Assembly (NCBI RefSeq): GCF_009914755.1 | Contig: NC_060942.1 | Length of the DNA: 64,000 nucleotides | DNA from: the human T2T-CHM13v2.0 reference genome, Homo sapiens | Reading direction: 5' to 3' (one strand) | Part shown: in pieces, positions 39,178 through 53,427 of the stretch | How positions within the stretch are numbered: the first letter of the stretch is position 1 | Layout of the letters: each line of letters begins with the position of its first letter | Program-made: the position numbers and the translations under genes | Notes under the pieces: generated by a model | The model's input: the letters and a program-made list of their open reading frames with translations, nothing else | Database searches by the model: none | What the model was told of the DNA's origin: nothing

Positions 39178-39660
39178 CAGAATTTAAACAGAATTTAAAG
39201 AAAGTGGGTGGGATCAAGGGAAGAGTTCACGGTATCCATCACTTTTGGGGAAAAATAGATACTGTCTTAAAAGAGTCATTTCTTTTACCATTCATGTGAG
39301 TGGTGAGTTATCAAAGGATGCCTCCACATAGAATGAGAGTCTTCACATTCTTCAGAAATGTAAATATGTATTAAAATATCAAATAGGCAGATATTTTTAT
39401 TTGTGCTTTTCCCTTGTGTGGGAATATATATATATAGAAAGAGTGATTAAGCAAGTATTACATTTTTACTGAAGAAAGTAAATTCTCAGCTATGCCATAG
39501 GGCCTAAACTAATTTATTTACTTCTCTTAACTTCTAAATACAGTTTTTTCTACTGAAAACATCCTGTATTTTATATATCCTTTGTCAATTTAAGGTGTGA
39601 ATATTAGCTAGTATTAATGTTAGATTACCTGTTCCTGTTCAACTGTAAGACATTTAAGGA

Positions 39661-40008
39661 CAAAAACAAACTGTTATTTGTTTTGCATCTCACTCAGTTA
39701 TCTTCTAGAACTATACAGATATTGTAGAATTTCTGGAAGGAATGTATAAAAGATAACTAATATGCAATGTGGCATGCTTGGGCCCCATACATTTTTTAAG
39801 TGCTTACTAAGCTATGTTGTCTTCTGCAGAGGAGTTTTGCAAATGTTAATAGGTATAACTTGAAAATGATTTTCCACGATCAAATATATTTGGCTGCACA
39901 ATACAACCTCTTCAGAAAGAAACACACCGCACAGTGGCATCTTACAAACCTGGAATCCTTCTTTAAAGATCAGACTTGTCTTGATTTAACTACATTTTCA
40001 AGCTCAGT
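39661..40008 (-). repeat. Inverted duplication 2, right arm
   Basis: Reverse complement of 38831-39177; ORFs 38791-38979(-) and 39800-40069(+) mirror each other. Confidence 0.95.
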
Positions 40009-41034
40009 TGATCTTGGACCTTCCTCCATCCTCACTCAGTTTTTGACAAACACATGGCAGTATCTGTGAAATGCAGTTTGGGGAACCCAGTTCATTTTAA
40101 AGCTTTTCTAAAACACATTTGAAATATGTATATTTGTTTTTCACTTTTTGAAAGCATACAACATTCTCTAAAGTGAATCCTTAATGAACCATGATACTTA
40201 TTGTTTCATTCCTTTACTCATTTACATACATCGATTACCTCCAGTGGACACGTAATGTGCTGCGAGCCACACTTCAAGGGCAGCAGCTAATAAGAAAGCC
40301 TGCTCTTGCAGAGCAAAGTGGTAAGTGGGGCTGGAGTTGAGTCCCCAGGCCACTCCTGGCACAGAGGGGCAGGCCTTTCCCATTCTGTTTTGGACAACTG
40401 GGAGACTGTGATATAGACCAATGATGGGTTATTTTCTCAAACTTGTTCCCCATTGTCCGTTCACACAGCATCCCCTTAACATGTAATTAATATACATTTT
40501 TAAAGCATTTTTTTTTTTTAGGAATAGGGGAATACTCATGGAAAATGCAGCTGTTCACAGTCCTCTAAGTCCCTGGACCCTCCACTTGCAGTTGCAGTTG
40601 TGACTGTGACCATGACGAGCATTATTATGGGTTGTCATATGGCTGCCCAAGGTCATCATTAAGTAGCTGTCCATTCTCTTCCCAGTCTGCAGCTTTCCAC
40701 CGCTGAAGAGGAGAACTAGTAAAGAGCCCATTACAAACATTTTCCTAGATGTGTTTCCTTAGAAGAGGTCAGGGCACAGTCACTGCCGGATAAGAATCAG
40801 CACATTTCTCGGAAGCAATCCCAATCCTTTCCATCAGTCCTCCCAGCGAGGCGTGTCATGTTCAGTCCATTTTTACAGGCCTTATCTATCTGAAGCCTGC
40901 CTTTTCACCTTGATAACTGATTTCTGCACCACCAATCACATTGGCTATGGGAACTATCTGAAGGACCCCAGAAGTGAGTGAAAGACTAGATTTACACTTT
41001 TCCTTTCTGGTCTCTTTTATCAAAGAAACACATT

Positions 41035-41240
41035 TTTAGATCCTGACTTTAGCTATACGACTGCATTAACCACTAAATTTGCCCATCTGCAAAATGGGAA
41101 TGATAACTAATACTGACCTCAAGAGGCTGTTGTGAGCATAAATACTATAAGGAAAGGAAGATTCTTAGTGAGGAATCTAGTAGGTAGTGAGTACTCAATC
41201 CGGTAGGTAGTGAGTATGAGCTATATTTTTACTCTTACTA
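41035..41240 (+). mobile_element. MIR
   Basis: cccatctgcaaaatgggaatgataactaatactgacctcaagaggctgttgtgagcataaat. Confidence 0.65.
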
Positions 41241-42689
41241 TTTCTTAGCTGTTTTTGTCAGAGGCAGGTTTGGAAGTAATTTTTGAAGCCTCACCTTCTA
41301 TTTGCATTAAACAAGGCTTAATTGAGCACCAGACATGCAATTCAGCAAATATTTGATAACCACCCATAATGTTCAAGGCTTTGCACTGGGCTCTGGGGAA
41401 ACAAAGGTAAACAGATTAAGAACCCTGCCTCCAAAATGAAGTAAAGGAGAGGGGAACCTCCGAGTTCATTCCTGTGCCGGGTCCTGGCATGGGGTGGGAT
41501 AGGTATAAATGTAGGAAAGAACAGTTCTTGCCTTCCAAAGACCCTAAAACTTCTCTGCTAGTCAGAGACATCAGCTTTTTATTCAGGGAGTAAGGTAAGT
41601 TGGGATATAATTGAATGCCAGATTGACAGGAATGTTTCTCTAGCATTAAATAGAGAGCCAAGATGTGAAGCTAACCTGGTTAGAACATCTGGCACCCAGG
41701 AGTTAATGAAGTATTTTAGGATTAGCTAAGCCAATCTCCTGGTCCTTTCCATCTTCCCGGTGACCACCTCAAACTACATGCTGGATTAGGGAGTCAGTCT
41801 TCCCTCTGGAATGTTGCTGTTGGGCATTAATTATAAGTAACTGTATTCCCCTGCTAGGCACCCCAGACAGCTCTGTAGGCCCACTGGTAGAAGTAAGATA
41901 GTCCCTAGGCTCTGTTTTCAGGGAAAGTGATGGAGGCTTGTTTCGGAAGAGCAGTAGTCTCGACTTCCCCAGTTTAGGGAGAAAAGTGTATGACAACTTC
42001 CTTTCTGAATGTATTTTTCCCAGGGTAGCCGTCATAAAAATGTCAGTCTCTGCTGGCTGAGATATTTTTCTCCTTTTCAAATATCCTATTGTTCTTTTCA
42101 TGTTTATTGTTTCCTTTATGCCTCTTTGATAGCTTCTTTTTGAGGCCTTGTAAGGTATTTTGATACTGAATCAAGAAGCCAGATGTGAGACCCTCTATTA
42201 TTCTGCCTCTTATTTTGATTTAAAGTTACATGCTGCCCTATGGAAGAAAACAATAAAAGTACAATGCTGGAAGAAGGAAAGAAGGTTGGAAGATGAATAA
42301 GAAGCTGTATCATTGGCAAATGAAAGAAGAAAGATATTGGACATTAACAATCAATATAAGAGATCATGGGTGATGTGTAGATAGTCTGTTCACCCAATAA
42401 TGCCTTGTTAGAAGGTGATATTTCTTGAGGGTACAGCAACTATTGAAAGACAGTTTAAAACTGTGGTTTCTCTTGATATGTTGTCTAATTCAGTGTAATC
42501 ATCATCTTTTATGTATTAATTACAGCTTAGTTTAACAATAGAGATGAATGACAGAGCTGGCATCAAATCAGGCCAGATTTGGTTAGCATCCTTCGACAGG
42601 ATTCTTATCCAGGATGGCATTTTGAAGACTGTGTCTTCTAAGAACTAATGCAGATGAGAGTGTTTGGCTGGTAAAGATGAGTGGGTAGC

Positions 42690-42910
42690 ATGTCAGCCTG
42701 GGTGCTCCGCACTGGAAGTTACCCAGTCCTAATCCCTACTCCATTACCTGCTAGCTATGGATTTAGGACAAATCACTTGATCTTCCTGGGTCTCAATTGC
42801 TTAATCTACAAAATAGAAGTAAATATATCCACTCGGTTGATCCAACAGGATTGCTGGGATGGCTCACTGGAAAAAAAAAATGTACGTGAAGGCGCATGTT
42901 CTAAACTTTA
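42690..42910 (+). mobile_element. MIR
   Basis: ggacaaatcacttgatcttcctgggtctcaattgcttaatctacaaaatag. Confidence 0.65.
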
Positions 42911-44508
42911 AATTGTTAAACATGTTAGAGTCAGTTCCTGAATGACCAGAGACACCATTCCCGGCTGGACAAATAGAGACATCTTGACCAGTCTTTTTCA
43001 GGGTCCAGGTCAGGTGTTTCTGCAAATAGCAGGCACCCAACCAACCCACGGAACTGACCACATGGTTTGGCTGCTGGGTATGGGCATCACTCTGAAGGAG
43101 AGACTTTACAATCCTATTTAGGAGACAGATAAAATGTGACAAGCCACTCACTCAAAAGGTCAAAAGAAGTTCACTTTAAAGACAAAGAGGCATTTTAAAC
43201 TTTATGCCTGTGTCTCCATTTTAAAAGTAAATGGAACAATCCTTCAAAGACAAATTTACTTCATCAAGCCACAGAGCAATGAAAACCTATAATCATAATA
43301 TAATATCTTCTGAATATTTATTACCTTTAACTGCACATAAGCATCTTTTTAAAAAAATATTCCTAACACCATTCCCTATAAAATAGCAGGAGAGATCATT
43401 TAAGATTTAGGAAAATGTGTTCCAGAATCATTTGTTCTAGGAGACATCCCAGTAATTGGTGGAGCAACATGGGAAAAGCCAGTGATCCAGGAACAGGTGT
43501 GTTGCCGTTACTTAGAGAAAAGGCTCATGAAATACCCATTTATTTTAAGTGGTTTGCTTGCTTGTTTCCCCTTTGATGCGGATATAACCATGTAGCATGC
43601 AAAAATCTACTGGGAGTCCAGGATACACCAATCCAAGGGCGTAGCAAGAGGTATGGTGTGAAGACCTGTTTACTCTCTTCTGATCAGATCATTTCAACAT
43701 AGAATTTTCTTTCCTTGAGGCCCCTTTAGCCCACTTTCCATTCTCCAGCCCATGGCCCTAATCACTTAATTTTCCTGCCTCCTGTTTAGATTAGTAAACC
43801 TGATCAAAGACCATCTGTCTACTGGCTTTCAACTGAGGTTAGCACACATCAGAATGTGATTAACGTTTGATTGTATATTAATATCATTCTAATTATGAAA
43901 ATGGAAAGTTAAATAAAGATACCCAATTTAAATCTCTCCTATACTCAGCCTTCTCTATGATTCTCTGGGAGAGAAGGAAAGAGGATTCTCTGACCTAATT
44001 CAATGGGAGGAGTGGGGGACCTTGTGCCCCCAAAGACCTGGTTTTATTCCTTTTTGAATATGACAATGACATCTTTCTCATTCTCAAGGAAGAAACAATT
44101 CTCAAAATTTTTGTGTTTTTAAAGACATAGTCTGGAGTTGAGTTACTTGACCCATTGGTTGAAAAGCCATTATTTAACTGTTAAAAAAAAAAAATGCAGA
44201 GTAACTGATAAAGCCAAACACAAGCCTTCTGGCTAAAAGGTAGTTTTGTTTTGCAAATTAGATTCTTTGACACATTAGGAATTCGGTAAGAAAGATACAG
44301 CATTCAGCCTGGGTTCTGAATAGGCAATGTTCACCGGAAGATAGCTCAGCTCCTAATACATAAAGCAGTAGGGTACATTCAAGCTCCACAGTAACTGCTG
44401 ATGAGGCCAAGCTGTCCCTGGTAAATGAGAATCCCTTTCTTTTTAGAGAGTTCCAGCATCCTGCACATTAGCAAGTTTCTAATGTTCTATGTAAAGACTG
44501 AGAATTAG

Positions 44509-44991
<483 letters not shown>

Positions 44992-45499
44992 TGAGGAAAA
45001 GGCAGCAACACCAAGTCCTCTCCACTCCCCATTTCTTGTCTCAAGTCCTGGCCTGAGAGAGGCAGAAAGTTTCTAGTACTTGTCGTGTCTTGGCCTGTTC
45101 TCTGAGACTGTCCCCATTGGTGCTGATGCTTGTGGCTGGGGTGAAGACATGCAAGGGGGTGATATTTTAGTTATTTGGCTGGTAATTAGGTTTGTGGTTT
45201 CACCTTAGGCATCTTGGGCAGCAAGAGAAGGAGCCTCTCAGACATCTTGATCAGACATCCTTAAGTGTCCGTCTCAGGGCAAGGTCTAGGTTTGACCTGG
45301 GTATATTTCAAAAGACAAGGCTATCACGAGAAAGGAAAAAAACAAGACTGACCATCCTGTCTGGCCTCACTCTGTTCTTCATCACAGTTATCCTTCTGGT
45401 CAGTGTTGAGCCCTCTCTGAGGGGCTGCAGGCTCCTATGTGTTGTATGTTTATCATCTCTTCCCATTTTTCAACAGGACTAATGAGTTAGGGACTGCTG

Positions 45500-46500
45500 T
45501 ATCTTCATTTTACAGTGGAAGGCACTAAGGCTTAGAGAGGTTAAGTAACTGGCTCAAGTTTGCACAGCCAGTTAAATGACAGAGCCTGCTCTATCTCAAG
45601 TTCTTGTAATTAACCAATATGCTGTTCTGCTGAACCCTCCCCAAAAAAAAAAAAGTCCTAAGAAGTTGCAGAATTTCTTTTCCATTTCACGTGAAACTAA
45701 TGACAATCCTGACTTGTAGTCATTTATCTGCTTTATCAGAAAAAGTTCATTACCCATTATGTGCAGGTCACTGGGATAGATGATGCAGGGGATGTGAAGT
45801 TTTTTAAAAAGCACTTTTTTTTCCATAAATAAAAATAATTGATAGCTAATGTTGACTTACTTTAATCTTATAAACCAGGCACTCTTTTAAGCATTTTACA
45901 TACATGATTAATCCTCTGAGCATCTCTGAGGTAGGTTCTACTTTATCCTCATTTTACAGATGAAGAAGTAGAAACATAGATGGGAAGTGCATTCCTTGCC
46001 TAAGATCACACAGCTAGTGTGAGTTAGACCTTGGATTTCAACCCAGTGATGTCTGATGGGAACCTATGCTCTGCATCCTCCAGTCTCCTCTCCCCGGGAG
46101 CTGGCAGCCTGATAAAGGAGGCAGATGTGTGCATGAATATCTCTGCTATACCACAGGAGACACTGCCTGACTGACAGGAAGGGGAGATTGTGACTTTGGC
46201 ATTGAAGCATGGGGAGGATTTGGGGCCGACAACAAGTAGATGATGATGCGACTTCCTATATAAGCAGATCGTCTGCCTGATGGCTGGGCCAGAGGCACAG
46301 TGCTCACCACTCTTCTTAACACATTTTGCCATTTTATAAAGCATCTTCACTAGTAATGTGGGCAGGGTGATTAACAGCATTCCACTTTAGAGATCAGGAA
46401 ATTGAGGCTCAGTGAGGACGAGGAACTCGCCCAAGGTCATGTAATGGATTTAGTAGTTGAGTCAGGACTAGAACCCCGACACTGTGGTTCTCAACTCTGC
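45500..46500 (-). mobile_element. Cluster of three MIR elements (about 45500-45600, 45835-46080, 46300-46500)
   Basis: Repeated cattttacag..gaagg/gaaa.tgaggc..agagagg..aagtaact.gc.caaggtca cores. Confidence 0.75.
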
Positions 46501-48215
46501 CATCTCAAGCAAATGATTTGCTGCATCGGTCTCCTGTTTCAGCCCCACTGAGCCTCCACGCTGGGGTGGGAGATGACCACTTCCAGTGGAAAAAGACAAC
46601 TTAGACTTTCAGAGGCAGCAGAAGTAGTCCGTGGAGTCCCACCCACCCTAGCTAGAGGCTACCTCCATTTACAGAACCATGTCAGGCCTGTGTCCTGAGG
46701 CCCCACCTCTCTGTCTTACCCTTTTGCCATAGATGGTGTAACTGATAAAAACTAAGAAAAACTGGTTATTGGCATCACAGACACCCACATTTGTGCCTGC
46801 ATTTGGCTTAGAGAATTTGTGACTGATATCAGAGATTTGTTTTTGTGCAATTCAATCAAACTGGCTTGTGTGTATGGTGAAGCTATAAGCCAAAGTAACA
46901 GCTTCGAAAAAAGAAAATGCAATCCATTGACCAGGTTGTTTTGTCTCCATAACATCAATTGCTCTGTTGGAATGATTTTGTATCCTGAACAGTCTTCTGT
47001 GACTTCTCCCTGGAAATCTTTGTCCCAACCAGTCTGGCCCATTTATTTGTCCTTGAGTGTGCCATAAACATTCTCACCATCATGCTTTTACTTATGATTC
47101 TCTCCTAAGTCTATCCTCCTCTTTTTTAGGTCAGACCCTTCTCTGAAATTCCACCCTAGAGTCACCTGTCTTTGAAACTTTCTCTACAATGCCAGCCCTG
47201 AAGTCTCACTCCCTCTGTTGGGTTCCTGCAGGTCTTGCAAGGCCACCTTGTTTGGTATTTATCCTTTCTGCACCATAACAATCATCATCTGTGTTGAAGT
47301 CTCCTGTCTCATCATTTATACTGGAAACCTCAAAGAGGAAGAGGCCATGCCTGATGCTCAGTACTCCTTTCAAAAATATAGCATCATTCAAGGCTCTTGG
47401 GCAATATTTGTTACAACTGGTGAAAAATGGCTTGAGGTTGGATCTTTAATGGGTCAGTTTTTAGATGATAATGTCTCTGGCTGCTGTGGGTTGGAATAAG
47501 TGGAATAAGAGTTAGTCTATACTGCTGCTTGCAGGCAGGTGGGAGCCATAAGAATTATCAGATGTCAGCACTAGCAGGAGCCCTACAGAATAGCTTTTCC
47601 AATGACTTCATTCTGTAGATGTGGTCACTGAAGCCCAGAGGGAAAATAACTTTGTCCAAATTCTCTCAGAAAGTTATGGACAGAGGCCTCAAGATTCCTT
47701 GTCTGGGCCCTTTGTCTATTTTCCCATCTCAATATCTAATCTTTCCACAATGTCTGCCCTCTTGACATTCTCTAGGAACAGAGGTCTTTATTTCTTCTTT
47801 AGTCATCTATTCTTTGTATTTGTCAATCCTGAGTTCGGGTCTTCTTTCTATAGCCAACAGACACTCGGGTTCTATTATTGAAAGAAAAATAATATTCATT
47901 ATAGTCTCATATGCCTGGTGTACAGCAATGCACTATGGGAAATCCAGAATATATTAGATGCCATCTTTACTTATAAAATACATGTGGAATAATATGTAAG
48001 GAGATAGGACATGTTTACATAAAATGTTAACAAAAATATAAAGTAGTAAGTGATGAATATCCAAATTGCATTAACCAGCCAAGCTACCAAAACAATTCCT
48101 CAGGAAGAGCTCTCCTGTAGCAGGCAGTGCTGGGTAACTGTGGGTAAAAGCCAGTCTTGCATGACAGATGACAAAGCCAGGGTCTTAGGTTGTGGTTGAT
48201 CAAGGAAATTTCACT

Positions 48216-48669
48216 TGATTTAAAAAAAAGAAAAGAAAAGAAAAAGAAAAAGAAAACTTCAGCTGAATTAAATTTAAAGGAGTTTAATTGAGCATTGAAA
48301 CGATTTGCAAATTGGGCAGCCCCCATAATCACAGCAGATTCACAGAGACTCCAGCACAGCCACGTGGTGGAGGAAGATTTATAGACAAAAGGGAAATGAC
48401 GTACAGAAATCGACAGTGAGGTACAGAAACAGCTGGCTTGGTTACCAGCTGGCGTTTGCCTTATTTGAACATAGTTTGAACACTTAGCAGTCTATGAGTG
48501 GTTGAAGTATGGCTGCTGGGATTGGCCAAGACTCAGTTATTGTTGCAGCCACATACTGCTAAGTTAGGTTTTCAGTCTTGTCTGACTATTAAGCTAGGTT
48601 ACAGTTCGTCCACAAGGACTCGAATATAGAAATACAGAGTCCTCAGGCCATATTCAGTTTGCTTTAACA
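48216..48669 (-). mobile_element. MER57A-like ERV1 solo LTR with (GAAAA)n expansion at one end
   Basis: aaacttcagctgaattaaatttaaaggagtttaattgagc...tccacaaggactcgaatatagaa...aggccatattcagtttgctttaaca; TG...CA ends; 4-bp TSD cact at 48212-48215 and 48670-48673. Confidence 0.85.
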
Positions 48670-51564
48670 CACTAAAGTGTCCAGGGATGGGGAGCTCAGG
48701 CAAGACAGGGCCTCATGTGGACATTGCTGGGAATAGTCCCCAATGCTGGCTGCTGCTCTCGTCCTGGTGGCACATACACAGGCTTGACATGTGTCCAAGA
48801 TGTGCCATAAGGGGAGGCATCTCTGCTTCTTCCACAGTGACTTGTATTTTTGATATTCATGGGTCTGCAATACCTTAATAATATTTATTACAGAAACACC
48901 TTGGCAAATCAGTGATAGGCCAGTTGAACAGGTGGATCATACTGTGCTACTTTTGTAAATGTGTCTGTTATCAATATGTTATTATTTTTTTCCTTCCATT
49001 TGAGCAAAAGATCAAGGTTCCAGCTAAAAGATCAAGATGGTCCATGGAACACTAATATTAGAGTGAGGTTCACCTGTTCCCACCAGTCAATGCTCCCACT
49101 GCTCCTCCAGCATCTAGCACAGAGTCTTGCAAATGGCAGAAGCTTTAACAAGATGTGGTGATGAATTAACAACTGAAGTGTTTTTCTAATTATTCGACAA
49201 CCCAACTGATGGAAGAGATGACTCAGAGCTTACAATATTCAGGGTTTATATTATTTTTCTACAAAAGAAGCTTAATGATGTAGAGCAGAGTTTTCTAACC
49301 TATGGGCCACCATTCCCCAGGAAGACCAAGGAGCCATTGCAAGGGAATTTTAATTGCACATGTACATATATATTTTCCTCACAAACACATAGCAAAAGGC
49401 AACCGGGAGTATGCAAAAATGTATTTTACTTTTTAATAAGGATTTTTCCACTAAAAATATTAAGAATCAATGTAGAAAAATGTAAGAACAATGTGAGACT
49501 ATTCCTTGTGGGTTTCTCATGGCATAGGGGATGGAAATGGTGAGACTAAATAAGCCACAAGCCCACTGGTTCTCCTTCATGGACAAGGATTCTGCTTTGT
49601 GCTGTGGCCAGCAATGCGGTTTTGTTTTTGTCTCTGTTTCTAAGCTGTTTTCAAGAAGGGATAGGCAAGTCTGCACTTAAATAGATGCTGAAATGAGATA
49701 TTTTGAGTGGTATAAAGAAAGTTCTAAGGCCCTTCAGACTTTTCTGCCACTTCATGGTTAGAACTTAGCAGAAGGCATTGTAACTTGTTAAAATGCAAAG
49801 CCCAGGTGAAGGGTGGTCTGTGTATTGGGAAGGGAGTGATCATTCTTTAAGCAATGAATAGAATATCTATAGCTGGTGTTGGGAGCAAAAGACAAGACAA
49901 GACTCTGAGTGCTGAGGAGAGAGCAGCCTAACTACACAGTCCTACCCCAGGGACCCTGAGATGTAGATAACAGTCAGGATATAGCCCCAGTCTGGATTCA
50001 ACAGCTGGAAAAGAGGACTCAGAGGCCCAAGAAGTTCATGAACCCTCTCCGAGTGAAAGCCTGGCTCCCTGTTTCATTGAGGAATGAGGGGCAACTCTTC
50101 TTTGGCACATGAATCATGTCTAACATGGCTCAAATAATGCTTTGTTAGAGAATACATACATGTTTCCTTGCCCTTGCAGGGCTTGTAAGAGAGTGTTGGA
50201 GAGGCAGAAACTACCCCCTGAGAATCATTCCACAGTGTCTGTGGTCAAATACAAATGAGTGCCTCTAGCCTGACTTGTGACCTGGGTTGGGAAAGTGCTG
50301 ATCCAGATGTAGAAAACTAATGGGATGGGGCTGGGAAGGCCAAAGCATTTCAGGAGCAACAGCAAGGTCTAGGTGAGAGGTAGGGCAGAGAACCTGCTTG
50401 TTTGGGAGACAGGATAAGGCACAAAATGGCCTGTGGGTTAAGGAAGCAGTCTGAGGTCCCTGAGCCTATTTAGGGGGCACCCAAGGGTGAGTCAAACCAA
50501 TACAACTGTTTAATGTTATTACCACTTTCTGGCTGAATGTGTCCATCAGTGGTCACTGGATTTCAAAGTCTTACTACTGATGTGCACTGGGATGCCATCT
50601 AGTTTAGCATTCACTTAGAGTGGGACTCTACTCCAGGATCCTGGACAGAATCCTCTGCTGAAGGTTCTTGCTCCTTTTGGATGGGTTTTATTATTAATAT
50701 TAGGCTTTTCTCCCTCTGCATCTCTGACACTTCTCTTCTCCTGTTTTCTTCTCCTCTTTGTCACCAACCCTCCCCAGGTCTCCCTGACCCACCACCCATT
50801 CCACTTCCACCCATCACGTGAACTCTCAATTAGACCTGGCATCTCTGCCTAAGTCACTAGCGCACAGCTTCTTCTTTTATTAATTGCTGTGTGTAGCGAA
50901 GATGGTTTTTTTTTCCCCTGCCAGATTTCTTCTCAGCCTTATTATTGTTCGGAAACCATAAAACTGAAAACTGCATTTTTATGACTCCAAATGACCTTCA
51001 GAATTCCAGACATGGCTGATCCTGCTTGGCTATAATATTTTGGCTCATTAATTTCAGAGAAGATATTTCGATTTACAATTTTATTAAGTTTCTGAGGATT
51101 TTTAATACTGTGTTTCTAAATATGATGAACTTCTCGCCACCAAACTTTAATTAGGGAGCATATTAAATCTTCAATTAATGCTTGCAGTAATGCATATTTA
51201 ATATCTAATAACATTTGATCAGGATCCTTTCAGAGAGGGAGGGACTGAGGCACAGGTTCCTTGGTTCTCACTGATGGATAGAACAGCCGCGTCTTCCTTT
51301 CCGTCTACTCCCTTATCAGTAGAGTAGAAGCCCATTATGAGATATTGGGCAGGAACACAATTAAAGCTCTCATTATTAGCTTCCCCACTGCAGTGAGAGG
51401 GAATGTTGGGCCACTGGGTATGCAAGATGCACAGCTCAGATTTTCTGAACAAGCCCATTCAAAGCACAGAAAGGATTTTTAAAACTAAGGGCCATAAAGG
51501 TACCTCATATCATCTTTTCACCTCAAATCTATTTCCCCATGCATAGGAGTAAAATGCTTTAGTG

Positions 51565-51865
51565 CAAATATCTTCAACATTTTTCTGTAAAGGTCCAGAG
51601 AGAAAAGGTCTGAGGGTGCAGGAGCCATTCAGTCTCTGTCATAGCTACCGGACCCTGCCCTCGTAGCATGAAAGCAGCCATAGCTAATATGGAAATGAAT
51701 GAGACTGATAGTATTCCAATAACACTTCATAGGCACTGAAATTTTAATTTCATATAATTTTCACATGTGATGAAATACTATTCCTCATTTGATCTTTTCC
51801 CACCATTTAAAAATGTAAAAACCATTCTCATGATTTGGCCAACGGTCATAGTCTGCCAACTGCAG
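51565..51865 (+). mobile_element. MER58B (hAT-Charlie)
   Basis: tttttctgtaaaggtccaga...gtagcatgaaagcagccatag...aatttcatataattttcacatgt...gatttggccaacggtcatagtctgccaac. Confidence 0.85.
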
Positions 51866-52339
51866 CTTGAGTAGAAGAGTCCAGAGCCGAGGTCAGTAGA
51901 CCTGGGGTCTCGTTCCTGCTCTGCCACTATGTCGCTGAGGAAAGCCACAGCATTATCTCGGGAACCCGCTTCTTCAATTGTAAGATAAAGTTTTCAGCTG
52001 GGTGGCAGCTAAGATCTTGTTCTAAAGACAAGTGATTCTTTGTGCGTAACTCACTTGTTCGGGCACTCTTTCTGGAGGCCACAAGAACCATCTGTTCTCA
52101 TTTTTTTCTCTCCTCTTAATCCCTCACCTCCACCATCAGAAGACAAACTGGAACTAGGGCAAAGGCAGCCAGGCCAGCTCAGGAATGCTCATGGCTCACG
52201 ATCTGCAGTGCAGGAGTTAAAAGCTTTACTCTTGCCTCGGTTATCATAGGAAAGACTTCTTCCTCTGCTCTCTGGAACCTCCATCTTCTTGAGGGCATCA
52301 GTCTTCATTCAGAAAACCCACCTAGAAAAGACTAACCTT

Positions 52340-52856
<517 letters not shown>

Positions 52857-53015
52857 TCATACTCTTCTACTTTCTGTAAAAAACCTATCCTCATAATAAG
52901 GACATAATCTCATCATTAATGTCAAGATGAAAGCAATTGTTGAAAACTTGTAACACTAGAGAAAGCAAGAGAAACTCAGCCTTGATAACTATAAGAGCCA
53001 ACATTTATTGAATGC

Positions 53016-53427
53016 TATATTAGTTAGTTTGTGTTGCCACAAATACCTGCAGCTGAGTAATTTATAAAGAAAAAGGGTTGAACTGGCTTATGGTTCTGCA
53101 AGCTGTGCAAGAAACATGGTGCCGACATCTGCTTCTGGTGAGGACCTCAGGGAGCTTCCAATCACGGCTGAAGGTGAAGAGGTAGCAGACACATCACATG
53201 GCAAGAATGGGAGCCCGAGAGAGATGAGAGAGGGGCCACGCTGTTTTAAATAGCTAGAACTCGTGAATTTAGAATGAGAATCACTCATTACCACGAGGAG
53301 GGCACCAAGCCATTCATGAGGGATCTGCCCCCATGACCCAAACACCTCCCGGTATGTCCCACCTCTAACACTGGGGATCACATTTCAATATGAGATTTGG
53401 AGGGATCATACACCCAAACCATGTAAG
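53016..53427 (-). mobile_element. MSTB-like MaLR solo LTR inserted in a MIR (52990-53015, 53428-53620)
   Basis: gagtaatttataaagaaaa...catctgcttctggtgaggacctcagggagcttccaatca...catttcaatatgagatttggaggg; MIR atttattgaatgc|ttactatgtgc is split around it. Confidence 0.9.

Noticed and set aside
38831-40008. Inverted arms as TIRs of a foldback or MITE transposon
   Set aside because: No TSD at the outer ends, no TA or hAT terminal motif, and only one arm appears to interrupt a pre-existing repeat
38791-40069. Mirror-image ORF pair (KMIFH.QIYLAAQYNLF...) suggesting duplicated genes
   Set aside because: A by-product of the inverted duplication; short, non-ATG starts, no coding signature
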